The notes under the pieces were generated by a model. That model was not told the origin of the DNA, did not search any database, and saw only the letters and a list, made by a program, of their open reading frames with translations. DNA of 50,420 nucleotides from an uncultured Acidobacteriota bacterium (GTDB lineage Bacteria > Acidobacteriota > Terriglobia > JAJPHL01): the NCBI GenBank assembly GCA_964601345.1, contig CAZRND010000001.1:1-50420 (forward strand), written 5' to 3'. Numbering within the stretch: position 1 is the first letter of the stretch; every line of letters starts with the position of its first letter. A program made the position numbers and the translations under genes. Positions 9,433 through 19,361 of the stretch are shown in pieces.

Positions 9433-12400
9433 ATGACTTGCATCCGTTTTGCTTTTGTGTGCCTTCTTCTGGCTGCTGTTTCCGCCGGCGCGCAGACATC
9501 GGCGGGCGAAGTGAACGGCACCGTTTCCGATCCCAGCAAATCGGCGGTCGCCGGCGCACAGGTGACGCTCGTGAACACGGTCACCAGGCTGGAGAATCGC
9601 GCCACGACCAATGCCGACGGCTATTACGTCTTTGTGAACGTCGCGCCCGGCGCCTATTCCCTGAAGATCGAGAACACCGGATTCAAAGGCGCCCAGCTTC
9701 CCACGTTCACGGTCGGCGTCAACCAGACCGTCACGCAGGATGTCTCGCTCCAACTCGGCCAGGTCTCGGAAACCGTGAACGTCAGCGCCGAAGCGGAGCT
9801 GATCCAGAAATCTTCGGCCGAGCTTGGCACCGTGATCCAGGAGAAAGCCGTCGAAGATCTGCCGCTCAACGGACGCAATTTCACCCAACTCCTCAGCCTC
9901 ACGCCGGGCGCCACTCCTGTCAACACGGCTCAGGGCGGAGGCGTGTCGTTTCAGGACGCCGGGCCGAGCGGCATTCCGGGATCGAACATCACCAAGCCCT
10001 CGATCCATGGACAGCAAAATCGCTCGCTGCTTTATTTCATGGACGGATTCATCAACACCGACCTGCGCGGGCCGATCTACGGCATCCTGCCGATCGTCGA
10101 CTCCATCCAGGAATTCAAGGTGCAAGGACACAATGACAAGGCCGAGTATGGCGGCGTGACCGGAGGCATCGTCAACGTCGTGTCTCGGTCGGGCGGTAAC
10201 GATTACCACGGATCGGGCTGGCAGTATCTGCGCAACAATTTCTTCGATGCTCGCAATCCGTTTGTGGATATCACTCCGGGACTTGGACCGGCGGCGTTCC
10301 GTCAGAACCAGTACGGCGCCACCATCGGCGGCCCGATCAAGCATCAGAAGACTTTCTGGTTCGGCGCCTGGGAAGGATGGCGCTACACCAAGCCGACGCA
10401 GACGCTCGACCTGGTGGCCACGCCCGCGGAGTTGAACGGCGACTTCACGAATTCCGTGTCCAAGAATCAGATTTACAACCCATACTCCACGCGGAAAAAT
10501 CCGGCGAACACCGCGCAGATCATTCGCGATCCCTTTGTGTGCGATCCGAGCGGAAATCCGGTGACGCCGCTGGCGGACGGAACGCAGGTCGGCGGGACGG
10601 CTTGCAACAAGATCCCGACGTCGTTGATCTCGGCGCCCATGCAGTCTCTGCTCAAGACCTATTTCGCGCCGTCGAACTTCCCGCTGACCGCCTCGCAGAA
10701 TTACATCGAGAACCGGCCCACCATCGACAACGCCAATAGCTGGCAGGTGAAGGTAGACCACCGCTTCAACGATTCCAACAACGTCTTCTTCCGCTTCAGC
10801 CAGATTCTCGACCATCACCTCGACACCCTGGCCGCTACGCTCGCGGACCGCCCGTCGGACTATCACGGCAACAACTACGGCGGCGGATGGACGCGCGTCA
10901 TGGGCGCGCATCTCATCCTCGACGTCCGCGCCGGCATTTTGCAAAAGCCCTACGTCTTCAACCAGACGCACAGCGCGAAGGGCATCGAGCCGTTGAAATC
11001 CGCCGGATTCCAGAACATCGACAAGTACGGCGGATTAAACGTCACCGTCGGAAGCCCCTGGACCGGGAACGAGCTCGGCAATCGCGGCGACTCGATCCGC
11101 AGAAATCCGGACTGGAGCGGCTCGGCGAACCTGAACTGGATCCACGGCCGCCACAATTTCCGCATGGGCTATCAGTACATTTACGTCGGGCGCGATCAGA
11201 TCAATACGTTCCAGCTCTTCGGATACAACGGAACGATCACCAACAATCCGGTGTCCACGGCGAATACGGGCCTCTCGCTGGCCTCGGCGCTGCTCGGATT
11301 CCCGGCGTCATCTTCCGGCGAGCTTCCCGACGGCGGCGAGGTGAATTTCCATCTCGGAACGTGGTCCATCTACGGTCAGGACGAATGGAAAGTCAGCCGC
11401 AAGGTCACGTTGAACCTGGGCCTGCGGTGGGACGTGCTGACGCAGCCGCACGTGAATAATTCGCGGCTCTTCAACGCGCTCGATCTTTTCGCCGGCAAGT
11501 GGATCATCGGAGCGAGCGCGTCCGAAATTCCGGCGTGCAACACGTCGAACACGAACCCATGTTTCCCCGGCGCGGGACTCTCCTCGGTCCCCTTTAACGA
11601 TCACATTGTTTTCGCCGGCAGCCGCGCGTTCAATCCGCCACCGGTCTACGACAACATCGGCCCGCGCTTCGGACTCGCCTGGGAAGCGACGCACAACACG
11701 GTGGTACGCATCGGCTACGGCTTGTACTACGACGCGCTGCCCGCTCGCAGCCAGTATGCCCAGAACGATCTCGAAGCCGGGCAGTGGCCGTGGGTGCGCG
11801 CATTCTCCGGCAGTCCCAACAGCGTGGTGGGCGCGGCCCTGGTGCCGATCACCGCCGTAGCGGGACAACTCTCGCAAGGCGTCCCGGCCAGCCCGTGGAA
11901 CAGCCTGCAATCGACTTTCTTCGACGATCCGCACTACAAGGACGGATGGTCACAGCAATATTCAGTCGAGATCCAGCGGCAGATGTCGTCGAGCACGGTC
12001 TTCTCCGTCGCCTACGTGGGCAGCGTCAATGGACGCCTGCCTTACACCGGACGGGCCAACGGCGCGAACAAGCCCTTTGCGCAAGGGACGCCGGCCACCA
12101 CCGTCGACACGCTGCGGGCCATGCCCTTCATGACCTCGGCCTTCAAATACACGCAGAACATCGGCGAGGGAAACTACAACTCCTTCCAGACGAAGTTGCA
12201 GCGCCGCTTCAACCGCGGGCTGATGACTTTGATTTCCTACACGTGGTCGAAGTCGCTGGACAATAGCAGCGGCTACTTCGACGTGGAGAATGGCGCGGGC
12301 CAGGGCGGCGCGACCGTGTCCGACTACTTCAACCCCGGCTTGAACCGCGGCCCGTCGGGCTACGACATCCCGCACTTCTTCTCCTGGTACACCGTCTACC

Positions 12401-12942
12401 ATCTGCCGTTCGGAAAAGGCGAGCGCTGGCTGACGAGCGGTCCGGCGGCGTGGGTGCTCGGCAACTGGCAGGCGAACTTTATTTTCCAGGCTCGCTCCGG
12501 CCAGCCCTTCAACATCAACGTCGGCGGCGATCCCGCGAATATCGGCGGCAGCATCGGCGGATTCACCGGCTACTCGCGGCCCGACGTGGTGGGCAATCCG
12601 ATCCCAGCGACGCAGACGGCGCAGTTGTGGTTCGATCCGAACGCCTTTGCCGTGCCCTCCGGCCACTTCGGAAATTATGGGCGCAACTCGCTGCGTACTT
12701 CGCACGTTGTCAACCAGGATTTCTCGATGTTCAAGACCATCAAAATCGGCGAGCGCCGCGAGCTGCAGCTTCGCTTCGAGGGCTTCAACGTTCTGAACAT
12801 CCAGAACCTCGGCGTGCCGGCGACGACCACGATCCAGTCCACGGCGGCTGGGAACCTTTCCTCCGGCGTCGGCCGGATCACGAGCCTCGCCGGCGGCACG
12901 AATCCGCGGCAAATTCAGTTCGGAGCGCGCTTCCGGTTCTGA
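9433..12942 (+). CDS. TonB-dependent outer-membrane receptor with N-terminal carboxypeptidase-regulatory-like domain
   Basis: 1169 aa. Signal peptide ending AGAQ, CarboxypepD_reg-like segment (GTVSDPSKSAVAGAQVTLVN...DGYYVFVNVAPGAYSLKIE), plug-like region (LPLNGRNFTQLL), long beta-barrel, terminal ...QFGARFRF. Confidence 0.85.
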   Translation: MTCIRFAFVCLLLAAVSAGAQTSAGEVNGTVSDPSKSAVAGAQVTLVNTVTRLENRATTNADGYYVFVNVAPGAYSLKIENTGFKGAQLPTFTVGVNQTVTQDVSLQLGQVSETVNVSAEAELIQKSSAELGTVIQEKAVEDLPLNGRNFTQLLSLTPGATPVNTAQGGGVSFQDAGPSGIPGSNITKPSIHGQQNRSLLYFMDGFINTDLRGPIYGILPIVDSIQEFKVQGHNDKAEYGGVTGGIVNVVSRSGGNDYHGSGWQYLRNNFFDARNPFVDITPGLGPAAFRQNQYGATIGGPIKHQKTFWFGAWEGWRYTKPTQTLDLVATPAELNGDFTNSVSKNQIYNPYSTRKNPANTAQIIRDPFVCDPSGNPVTPLADGTQVGGTACNKIPTSLISAPMQSLLKTYFAPSNFPLTASQNYIENRPTIDNANSWQVKVDHRFNDSNNVFFRFSQILDHHLDTLAATLADRPSDYHGNNYGGGWTRVMGAHLILDVRAGILQKPYVFNQTHSAKGIEPLKSAGFQNIDKYGGLNVTVGSPWTGNELGNRGDSIRRNPDWSGSANLNWIHGRHNFRMGYQYIYVGRDQINTFQLFGYNGTITNNPVSTANTGLSLASALLGFPASSSGELPDGGEVNFHLGTWSIYGQDEWKVSRKVTLNLGLRWDVLTQPHVNNSRLFNALDLFAGKWIIGASASEIPACNTSNTNPCFPGAGLSSVPFNDHIVFAGSRAFNPPPVYDNIGPRFGLAWEATHNTVVRIGYGLYYDALPARSQYAQNDLEAGQWPWVRAFSGSPNSVVGAALVPITAVAGQLSQGVPASPWNSLQSTFFDDPHYKDGWSQQYSVEIQRQMSSSTVFSVAYVGSVNGRLPYTGRANGANKPFAQGTPATTVDTLRAMPFMTSAFKYTQNIGEGNYNSFQTKLQRRFNRGLMTLISYTWSKSLDNSSGYFDVENGAGQGGATVSDYFNPGLNRGPSGYDIPHFFSWYTVYHLPFGKGERWLTSGPAAWVLGNWQANFIFQARSGQPFNINVGGDPANIGGSIGGFTGYSRPDVVGNPIPATQTAQLWFDPNAFAVPSGHFGNYGRNSLRTSHVVNQDFSMFKTIKIGERRELQLRFEGFNVLNIQNLGVPATTTIQSTAAGNLSSGVGRITSLAGGTNPRQIQFGARFRF

Positions 12943-13154
12943 TGCGCAGCGCGCCGGAGTCGACGCCAAAATCGACTCGTTCCATCGGTCCCCGGTCGGA
13001 GTCCCGATTGAAAGGCTGCGCGCGATGGAGTATATGAGCAATCACGGACCCGGCGGTCTGCATGCCGGGGGAAGGACGGCGCCGTCCGCTGAGGGGCATC
13101 AGGGAAGCGGCGCCGGCCGTTATTGCCGGTCTAGGAATCCATTGCCCCGGCAAA

Positions 13155-13748
13155 CTATAAGGTCGCCGTCTTAATCACTGCTCCGTCGGGACCGTAGATT
13201 GTCACGGTGTGAGTGGTCGTCGTGGTTCTCGTGCTACCGCTTACCGTGGTGGTCGTTTGTACTGTGTCAACGTAGAGCAAATCTTTCCCGTTGACGGTCT
13301 TCACTTGAATATTTTCGTAACCGCTCGCCGGCGTGGAACGCACCTCGGCGCCCGTGGCGGCGCTGAGCCAGAGAATCGCCGAAGTGTGTGTCGCCGTTGC
13401 GCCGGATCCACTCGTGACGGTCTGAAAGACGTATAACGAGCTCGCCCCGGCAAGCACCGGACCGATGGAGCCGGTCAAGTGCATCTTCCAAGTGACGGCC
13501 GGCGACGCCGCGGTGTTGAGCGCCACGATCTCCGTGCCCGCGGGCTGGTTATTGCCGGATGTGGAGTCGGGGATCAGAACGTAGAGCGTTCCGTCCGGAC
13601 CGACCAACATCGAGCCGAAGCTAACCGTCGGGCCGCTGCCGAAACCGAACGTAGGCGCGCTTGGAAATCCGCAGGTATTCTGCGCGGAAAGAGATCCGGC
13701 CCCAAACAAAACTACAACCAGCATGCTAACGATTCGAATCTTGCTCAT
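13155..13748 (-). CDS. Secreted beta-rich hypothetical protein
   Basis: Signal peptide MSKIRIVSMLVVVLFGAGSLSAQ, GGAG SD 8 nt upstream. Repeated xLYV strands and a Thr-rich tail. No family recognised. Confidence 0.6.
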   Translation of the reverse strand: MSKIRIVSMLVVVLFGAGSLSAQNTCGFPSAPTFGFGSGPTVSFGSMLVGPDGTLYVLIPDSTSGNNQPAGTEIVALNTAASPAVTWKMHLTGSIGPVLAGASSLYVFQTVTSGSGATATHTSAILWLSAATGAEVRSTPASGYENIQVKTVNGKDLLYVDTVQTTTTVSGSTRTTTTTHTVTIYGPDGAVIKTATL

Positions 13749-13805
13749 CGCTTTCTCCTCTTGAATGGATTTGAAGAGAAGAAAGTGAAGCCCACCGTAC
13801 CGTAC

Positions 13806-14615
13806 TCAATCGCGGCCCGGTCTGCGCGGAGAAGGCGGCGCGGTTACCGGTGTTGCGCCGCGGCCGCCGGATTGCGCCGGCGCGGCGGGCGGTTGCGTAA
13901 CCATCCCTGTGGCGCTGGTGGCGCTGCCCTTGGACTGTCCGCTTCCCGTCACCGATCCAAAGGGCGTAGTAACCGCGCCCGTTCCCCGGTTTCCGGATCC
14001 TGTCTGACCGTTTCCGGCGAAGCGGCCGGTTGGCGCGATCGGATCCGTGGTTCGCTGCGGCGGAGCGGGAGATTGCCCGTGCCGGACAATGGTCTGGAAG
14101 CCGGGCCCCAAGACCACGGCTTGCTCCGCCTGCAACAAGCTCGCCACGCTGACCAGTCCTTCTTCCACCGCCACCTGCGTGGTCGCCTCCTGATCCACGC
14201 GGATGTCGAACGTCGTTCCGCGCACGGCGATGATTGCCGCAGGCGTGGTCACGGACTTGTTATTGGGGCGTCCGGATAGTTTCTCCACATGGATCTTGAC
14301 CGTTCCCAGGAGCACCTCCAGAAAGCTCCTCCACGTGGAATGACCCTGATCTTGCACCATCAGATGCGTCCCCGGATAGACTTCCACCGTGCTGCCGTCA
14401 TCCAATTGGAGCAAGAGCGCGGAACCGCCGCCGGTCGAAACCGCCTCGCCGGGACGAACCTTGTCCTTCAGTTTCACCGCGGAAACCGGCTTGCCCGGCG
14501 ACGTCAATGTCGCCGGACCGCTTACTGCCGCCACGCGCAATGTCTGCGCGGCCGCGGCCAGGGAGATCCCTGCCGCCGCGACCACCGACATGCGCCAGAA
14601 AAGAGTGGGCTTCAC
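13806..14615 (-). CDS. FecR-domain protein (periplasmic, signal peptide)
   Basis: FecR-type core (ALLLQLDDGSTVEVYPGTHL...AIIAVRGTTFDIRVD). Probable GTG start at 14615 gives signal peptide KPTLFWRMSVVAAAGISLAAAAQ; ATG 14591 is an alternative. The track ORF to 14723 overlaps the regulator gene. Confidence 0.7.
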   Translation of the reverse strand: MKPTLFWRMSVVAAAGISLAAAAQTLRVAAVSGPATLTSPGKPVSAVKLKDKVRPGEAVSTGGGSALLLQLDDGSTVEVYPGTHLMVQDQGHSTWRSFLEVLLGTVKIHVEKLSGRPNNKSVTTPAAIIAVRGTTFDIRVDQEATTQVAVEEGLVSVASLLQAEQAVVLGPGFQTIVRHGQSPAPPQRTTDPIAPTGRFAGNGQTGSGNRGTGAVTTPFGSVTGSGQSKGSATSATGMVTQPPAAPAQSGGRGATPVTAPPSPRRPGRD

Positions 14616-14636
14616 TTTCTTCCTCGGCCCCTCCCC

Positions 14637-14654
14637 ATGCACGCGCTTTGCCAA
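14637..14654 (-). promoter_or_regulatory. Putative sigma-54 (-24/-12) promoter in front of the FecR-like gene
   Basis: The minus strand reads TTGGCAAAGCGCGTGCAT, with GG-N10-GC spacing as in the consensus TGGCAC-N5-TTGCW. It lies in the 61-nt gap between the NtrC-type regulator stop (14677) and GTG 14615. Confidence 0.4.
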
Positions 14655-14676
14655 ATTGCGCGAGAAGAAAAACAAG

Positions 14677-16104
14677 CTACTTAGGCGAGGAATCGCCAGG
14701 CTCCGGATGAGCCTTGGGCACACTGTGCCCCGGCTCGGAATCCTCGCCGCTCCCGCTCGACCATTTTTCCAGCTTCTTGTAAAGCGTTCGCCGATGAAGT
14801 CCCAAGCGCGCGGCGGCCGCTGTCATGTTGCCGCCGCTCAGATGGATCGCCTCGATCACTTGCCGGCGCTCCAGCCCCGCGTCCGCATCATCAGATTCCG
14901 CAGCGTCACCCGCGCGCGGCGGCGTTCGGCTCCCCATGGCTTGGCGAACATCCCGCTCTGACGCCTCGGGGGATCGCGTGGCCGCGACGATTCGTTCCAT
15001 CGTGTTGGCCAGCTCGCGCACATTGCCGGGCCAAGGCGCGCTTTCGAGCGCGGCGTATGCCGCTTCCTGCAAGTGCACCTGCTTGCCCTGCCGCTCATTG
15101 GCTTGCTTCAGAAAACGGCGGGCCAACTGTGGAATATCGCTCCGGCGCTCGCGGAGCGGCGGCACGTGAATGCGCAGGACATTCAAGCGATGATAGAGGT
15201 CCTCGCGAAAAGCGCCCTGGCGGACCATGTCGTCCAGGTTGCGGTTGGTGGCCGCGAGCATGCGAACGTTCGCGCGCACCGCCACCGCGGCGCCCACCGG
15301 ACGAAACTCCCGGGCCTCCAGCAGGCGCAGCAGTTTGCTCTGAAACGAGAGCGGGATCTCGCCGATTTCATCGAGCAGGACAGTGCCGCCCTCGCCTTGC
15401 CGAAGTACGCCGGGGCGGTCGCGGTCCGCGCCGGTAAATGCGCCTTTCATCGCGCCAAACAACTCGCTTTCCCAAAGGTTCTCGGCGATCGCCGCGCAAT
15501 CCACGGGAACAAACGGGGAGGAGGCGCGCCGGCTATAGCGATGAACGGCCCGGGCCACTCGCTCTTTGCCCGCTCCGGTCTCGCCGAGGATCAACGTGGT
15601 GGAGTCGGAACGCGCCGCGGCGGCGATGTTCTTGTAGAGCTCGATCATGGCCGGAGAGCTCCCCAGCATTTCCTCCGCCATTTCGACGCTGCCGTCCGCC
15701 GCGTCCTCGGGAGCGGTCCGGTTCGCCCCCGCCGCGCGGACAGCGCGTTCGACCACGGAAAGGAGTTGGGCCAGAGCGACGGGCTTGGCCAAGTACTCGA
15801 AGACGCCGTCTGTTTCGGCCTCCACTGCGGTTCCCAGCGATCCCCGCGCGGTCATCAGCACCACGGCGCAGCGCGGATTGCCCGCGCGCGCGGCCCGCAG
15901 CACGTCGAGTCCGGTGACACGGTCCACATAGATGTCGGAGACGATAATCGGGAAAGCCGCCGTAGCGACTTTCTGCAGAGCCTCGGACCCGTCGTTCAAG
16001 GCGGTCACCGGATAGCCCTTGCTCTCGAGAAAATTTCCCAGCGCAATGGTGATCGCTTCGTCGTCGTCAATCAGCAGGATGGGCGGCTTGCTCATAGTTT
16101 TCAC
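14677..16104 (-). CDS. Sigma-54-dependent response regulator (NtrC family: REC + AAA+ + Fis-type HTH)
   Basis: REC (PILLIDDDEAI...VSDIYV), Walker A GETGAGKE, GAFTGA and ESELFG sigma-54 contact motifs, C-terminal HTH GGNMTAAAARLGLHRRTLYKKL. Confidence 0.9.
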   Translation of the reverse strand: MKTMSKPPILLIDDDEAITIALGNFLESKGYPVTALNDGSEALQKVATAAFPIIVSDIYVDRVTGLDVLRAARAGNPRCAVVLMTARGSLGTAVEAETDGVFEYLAKPVALAQLLSVVERAVRAAGANRTAPEDAADGSVEMAEEMLGSSPAMIELYKNIAAAARSDSTTLILGETGAGKERVARAVHRYSRRASSPFVPVDCAAIAENLWESELFGAMKGAFTGADRDRPGVLRQGEGGTVLLDEIGEIPLSFQSKLLRLLEAREFRPVGAAVAVRANVRMLAATNRNLDDMVRQGAFREDLYHRLNVLRIHVPPLRERRSDIPQLARRFLKQANERQGKQVHLQEAAYAALESAPWPGNVRELANTMERIVAATRSPEASERDVRQAMGSRTPPRAGDAAESDDADAGLERRQVIEAIHLSGGNMTAAAARLGLHRRTLYKKLEKWSSGSGEDSEPGHSVPKAHPEPGDSSPK

Positions 16105-17851
16105 GCTCCGGGAAGCGACTCTCTGGAAACTCGAGACTGAATTGCGAGCCGCGTCCGGGTTTGCTCTCCACTTCGATGTCCCCGCCGTGTTGCGCCACGA
16201 TCTCCTTCACCAGCGCCAGTCCGATTCCCGATCCCGGCGGTCCGGCCGTGGAGTGTTTCGGTTGGCGGTAGAAGCGCTCGAAGATTCGCGAGCGCTCCTC
16301 CGGCTCGATGCCCGATCCTTCGTCACCCACCGTGATCCGCGGCTTCCCGTCCGGCGTGGAAACGGTGACGGCTACCATGCTTCCGCCCGGACTGTACTTG
16401 AGCGCATTCGTCAACAGGTTGTAGACCGCAAAACCAAGCAACTCGGCGTCTCCGCAAATCGGAGCGGGGCGCAGATCTTCACGGATGACAATGTGTTTGC
16501 GGAGAGCCAGCAGGTTGGCGCGCGCGATGGCTTCGCGCGCCACCGCGGCGAGGTCCACCGGACCACGCTTCAGTTGCAACATACCGGCGGAGATCCGTTC
16601 GACATCCAGGAAAGCTCCGACCACGCGGGAGAGACGCTCGGACTCTCGGTGGATCAGCGACGCCACCGCGGCCTTGCGCTCGGCCGGCATGGTTGCGTCA
16701 GCGATCATTTCGCTGGACGCGGAGATCGCCGTCAGCGGCGTTTTGATCTCGTGGGCGATGGCTTGCAACCGCAAGGCATATTCGGCCCGTCCAGCGCCCG
16801 CTTCGCGCACCGCCGCGAGCGTGCCGGCAAACCCCGCCGCCCCGTAAGCATAGGACCATGACGCCAGAGGCACGATCCATCCCGCCAGGAGCGCCAGGTA
16901 CGAAGCTGCGGGAATCGCCAGAAAGCCGGCGGCAGCCAGGCGGCCATGTCGTCTTCGCCCTGCGAAGGCGGCCAGCAGTTGCGTGCCCAGCAACAGGACG
17001 ACGACGCTGAGGGGAGAGAGCGGGCGCAAACCGTCTTCGTCCAACAGCGTGCGCATGGCGTGGGCGTGGATCTCGATGCCGGGGATGTCGGATCCGCTGG
17101 AGACGGGAGTGAATCGGCGGTCACCCGCGCCCTGGGCGCTGACTCCCAGCAGAACGATCTTTCCAGCGAACTGCCGATCGTCCACCTGGCCTTGCAGTAC
17201 GTCGTCGAAAGGGACGGTGCGGAACGCGCCGACACGCGCGTAACGAATCCAGAGGACGCCGTCGCCGGTTTTCGGCAACGTCCGTTGCCCGGCCGTCCGC
17301 GCCGCCTCGAGGCTGAGCGCCCAGAGTCCCTGATCGCGCCCGGCGCTGACGACGCCGGATTTGGCCAGCATGATCGAGCGCACCACGCCGTCCGGGTCCG
17401 GATTGGCATGGACGTGTCCGACCGCATCGCGCGGGAACAAAGCGAGCGGGAGAATCCAACGGGGATCGATCCGGTCCGCTTCGAGGGCCGCGGCCAGCAC
17501 GACTTTGGGGAACAGTTGTAGCACGCTCGCGAGCGCCTCATCGGCTGCCGAGGCGCTCGGTTCGGAAAGAAGTAAGTCTACAACCAAAGTCTGAGGGTGC
17601 GCGGCGGCCAGCCGCCGGAGTCCACGGGCAACGATGTCTCGCTTCAAGGGCAGCGGACCCCAGCGGTTTACGGTCCGGTCATCGATAGCCAGCAAAACAA
17701 TTTGCTCGAGGCAGGGCGAGCGTCGGGCAGGAGCCAATCTCGCTAAAACGTCATTGGAGGAGTCGTTCCAGCTTTGAACGATGCCGTTCCATGCCAGCAA
17801 AGGAATCAACCCAACGAGGAGAATCCCATGCCCCCAGCGCGTTGCGTTCAT
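16067..17851 (-). CDS. CHASE2-domain sensor histidine kinase
   Basis: N-terminal TM plus extracytoplasmic CHASE2-like region (IVLLAIDDRTVNRWGPLPLKRD...LVVDLLLSEP), three TM helices, H-box HEIKTPLTAISASSEMI, ATPase GSGIGLALVKEIV. It overlaps the regulator gene by 38 nt. Confidence 0.85.
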   Translation of the reverse strand: MNATRWGHGILLVGLIPLLAWNGIVQSWNDSSNDVLARLAPARRSPCLEQIVLLAIDDRTVNRWGPLPLKRDIVARGLRRLAAAHPQTLVVDLLLSEPSASAADEALASVLQLFPKVVLAAALEADRIDPRWILPLALFPRDAVGHVHANPDPDGVVRSIMLAKSGVVSAGRDQGLWALSLEAARTAGQRTLPKTGDGVLWIRYARVGAFRTVPFDDVLQGQVDDRQFAGKIVLLGVSAQGAGDRRFTPVSSGSDIPGIEIHAHAMRTLLDEDGLRPLSPLSVVVLLLGTQLLAAFAGRRRHGRLAAAGFLAIPAASYLALLAGWIVPLASWSYAYGAAGFAGTLAAVREAGAGRAEYALRLQAIAHEIKTPLTAISASSEMIADATMPAERKAAVASLIHRESERLSRVVGAFLDVERISAGMLQLKRGPVDLAAVAREAIARANLLALRKHIVIREDLRPAPICGDAELLGFAVYNLLTNALKYSPGGSMVAVTVSTPDGKPRITVGDEGSGIEPEERSRIFERFYRQPKHSTAGPPGSGIGLALVKEIVAQHGGDIEVESKPGRGSQFSLEFPESRFPERENYEQAAHPAD

Positions 17852-18029
17852 TGTGCGACATTATGACGCCTCCAGCGCCTGCGGTAATGTCGGCCGCCCT
17901 ACACTCCCGCGTCGGATCCCGATTTCATAGGGCAATTATTCACCAAGCTCAAGGGGCGCCGACTACGGGCGGCGGTAAGAGCTGAGCACAAATGGCCTTG
18001 AACCAGTTGTACTTTGTAATGTAAAGTAC

Positions 18030-19361
18030 TTGCTGGGAGGGCCTCTTACGAACGAACATCGCAAACGACTGCCGGTGTGGCGCCTGCTGTTCCTCGCCCC
18101 CGTGGGACTGGCGATCATCATTCCGGCGACTTGGGTCCTCGTCAGTTGGACGGCGAAGCCTCTTTTTCCAAAGCCGGAGGACGTGCCGACCGCCATGCAT
18201 TCGGCGCCTCCCGCCCCGTGGGCCGGAACGGTGGACCAGGCGCGGCAGATCGTCCGCGCGAGTGTCGCCGGGAAAAATCTGCCGGGCCTTTCGGTGGCGG
18301 TCGGTATCAACGGGAATATTGTTTGGGCAGAAGGCTTCGGGCTCGCGGATCTCCCCTCCAACGTGACGGTCACGCCGGATCACCGGTTCAGGACCGGAAC
18401 CGCTTCCACGGTGCTCACTTCGGCGGCGGCCGGCCTGCTGCTGCAGCAGGGCCGGCTGAAACTCGGCGACGAAATTCAAACCTACGTGCCCGCGTTTCCC
18501 AAGAAGCAGTGGCCTGTAACGCTGCGCGACGTGATGGGGCATACGTCCGGTGTCGTCGGCTACGACCGCGACCGCGGACCGATTTTCAACCAGCACTGCG
18601 AGCGGTTGGCGGATGCGCTCCAGTACTTCGCGGGAGACGCTCTGGTGTCCAAGCCCGGCACGCAATTTCGCTTTTCCAGCTCCAACTGGATTTTGGTGAG
18701 CGCGGCGGTCGAAGCCGCCGCGGGCCAGCCGTTCCTGACGTTCATGCGGGAGAAGATCTTCGAGCCATTGGGCATGCGCGACACCGTCCCCGAGCCCGCG
18801 CCGAACCGCGAGGGAGAAGACTTCCCGGGCTTCATTGCTATCCGCGAGCTGATCTACGATCCGGGGGCGATTCGCGGCAGCGGCGAGGACACCACGCGGA
18901 AGCCCGGGCCGGACCAGGCCTCGCCCTACTTCACGAGATTCAGATCGAATCCGACGTACGGCTGGCACACGGCGCGCCTGCTCGACAATACCTGCTACGG
19001 CGGAGCGAGCGTATTCCTCTCCACGCCGTCTGATTTGGTGCGCTTCGCGATGGCGATGAATAGCGGCAAGCTGCTCGAGCCCGCGACCGTCGCCTTGCTG
19101 CAGACTTCGCAGCGGCTGGCATCCGGAGAGGATACCGGCTACGGTCTTGGCTGGAAAGTGAAGACGGTTTCGCTGGCCGGAAAACCCACGCGCATGGTCG
19201 GCCACGACGGCGATTCACTGGGTGGAATGGTGGCGTCGCTGATGACCTTTCCAGATTACGCGATGGCGGTGGCAGTCACGTCGAATATCTCTTTTGCGGA
19301 TACAGCTTCGATTGCGGAGCGAGTCGCGCAAACGTTCGCCGCGCAGGCGAGGGGGAGATAG
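18030..19361 (+). CDS. Beta-lactamase-fold (class C / serine hydrolase family) protein with degenerate catalytic motifs
   Basis: Family hallmarks: LPGLSVAVGINGNIVWAEGFG, MGHTSGV, YGLGW and GHDGDSLGG. However, the expected SxxK reads TAST/STVL and the expected YxN reads SSN. Start uncertain (TTG 18030 or GTG 18075). Confidence 0.7.
   Translation: MLGGPLTNEHRKRLPVWRLLFLAPVGLAIIIPATWVLVSWTAKPLFPKPEDVPTAMHSAPPAPWAGTVDQARQIVRASVAGKNLPGLSVAVGINGNIVWAEGFGLADLPSNVTVTPDHRFRTGTASTVLTSAAAGLLLQQGRLKLGDEIQTYVPAFPKKQWPVTLRDVMGHTSGVVGYDRDRGPIFNQHCERLADALQYFAGDALVSKPGTQFRFSSSNWILVSAAVEAAAGQPFLTFMREKIFEPLGMRDTVPEPAPNREGEDFPGFIAIRELIYDPGAIRGSGEDTTRKPGPDQASPYFTRFRSNPTYGWHTARLLDNTCYGGASVFLSTPSDLVRFAMAMNSGKLLEPATVALLQTSQRLASGEDTGYGLGWKVKTVSLAGKPTRMVGHDGDSLGGMVASLMTFPDYAMAVAVTSNISFADTASIAERVAQTFAAQARGR

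Noticed and set aside
17931-17946. A sigma-54-like motif TTGGTGAATAATTGCC lies upstream of the CHASE2 kinase gene.
   Set aside because: GG and GC are separated by 9 nt, not 10, and sigma-54 spacing is essentially invariant. It could still be worth a PWM check.
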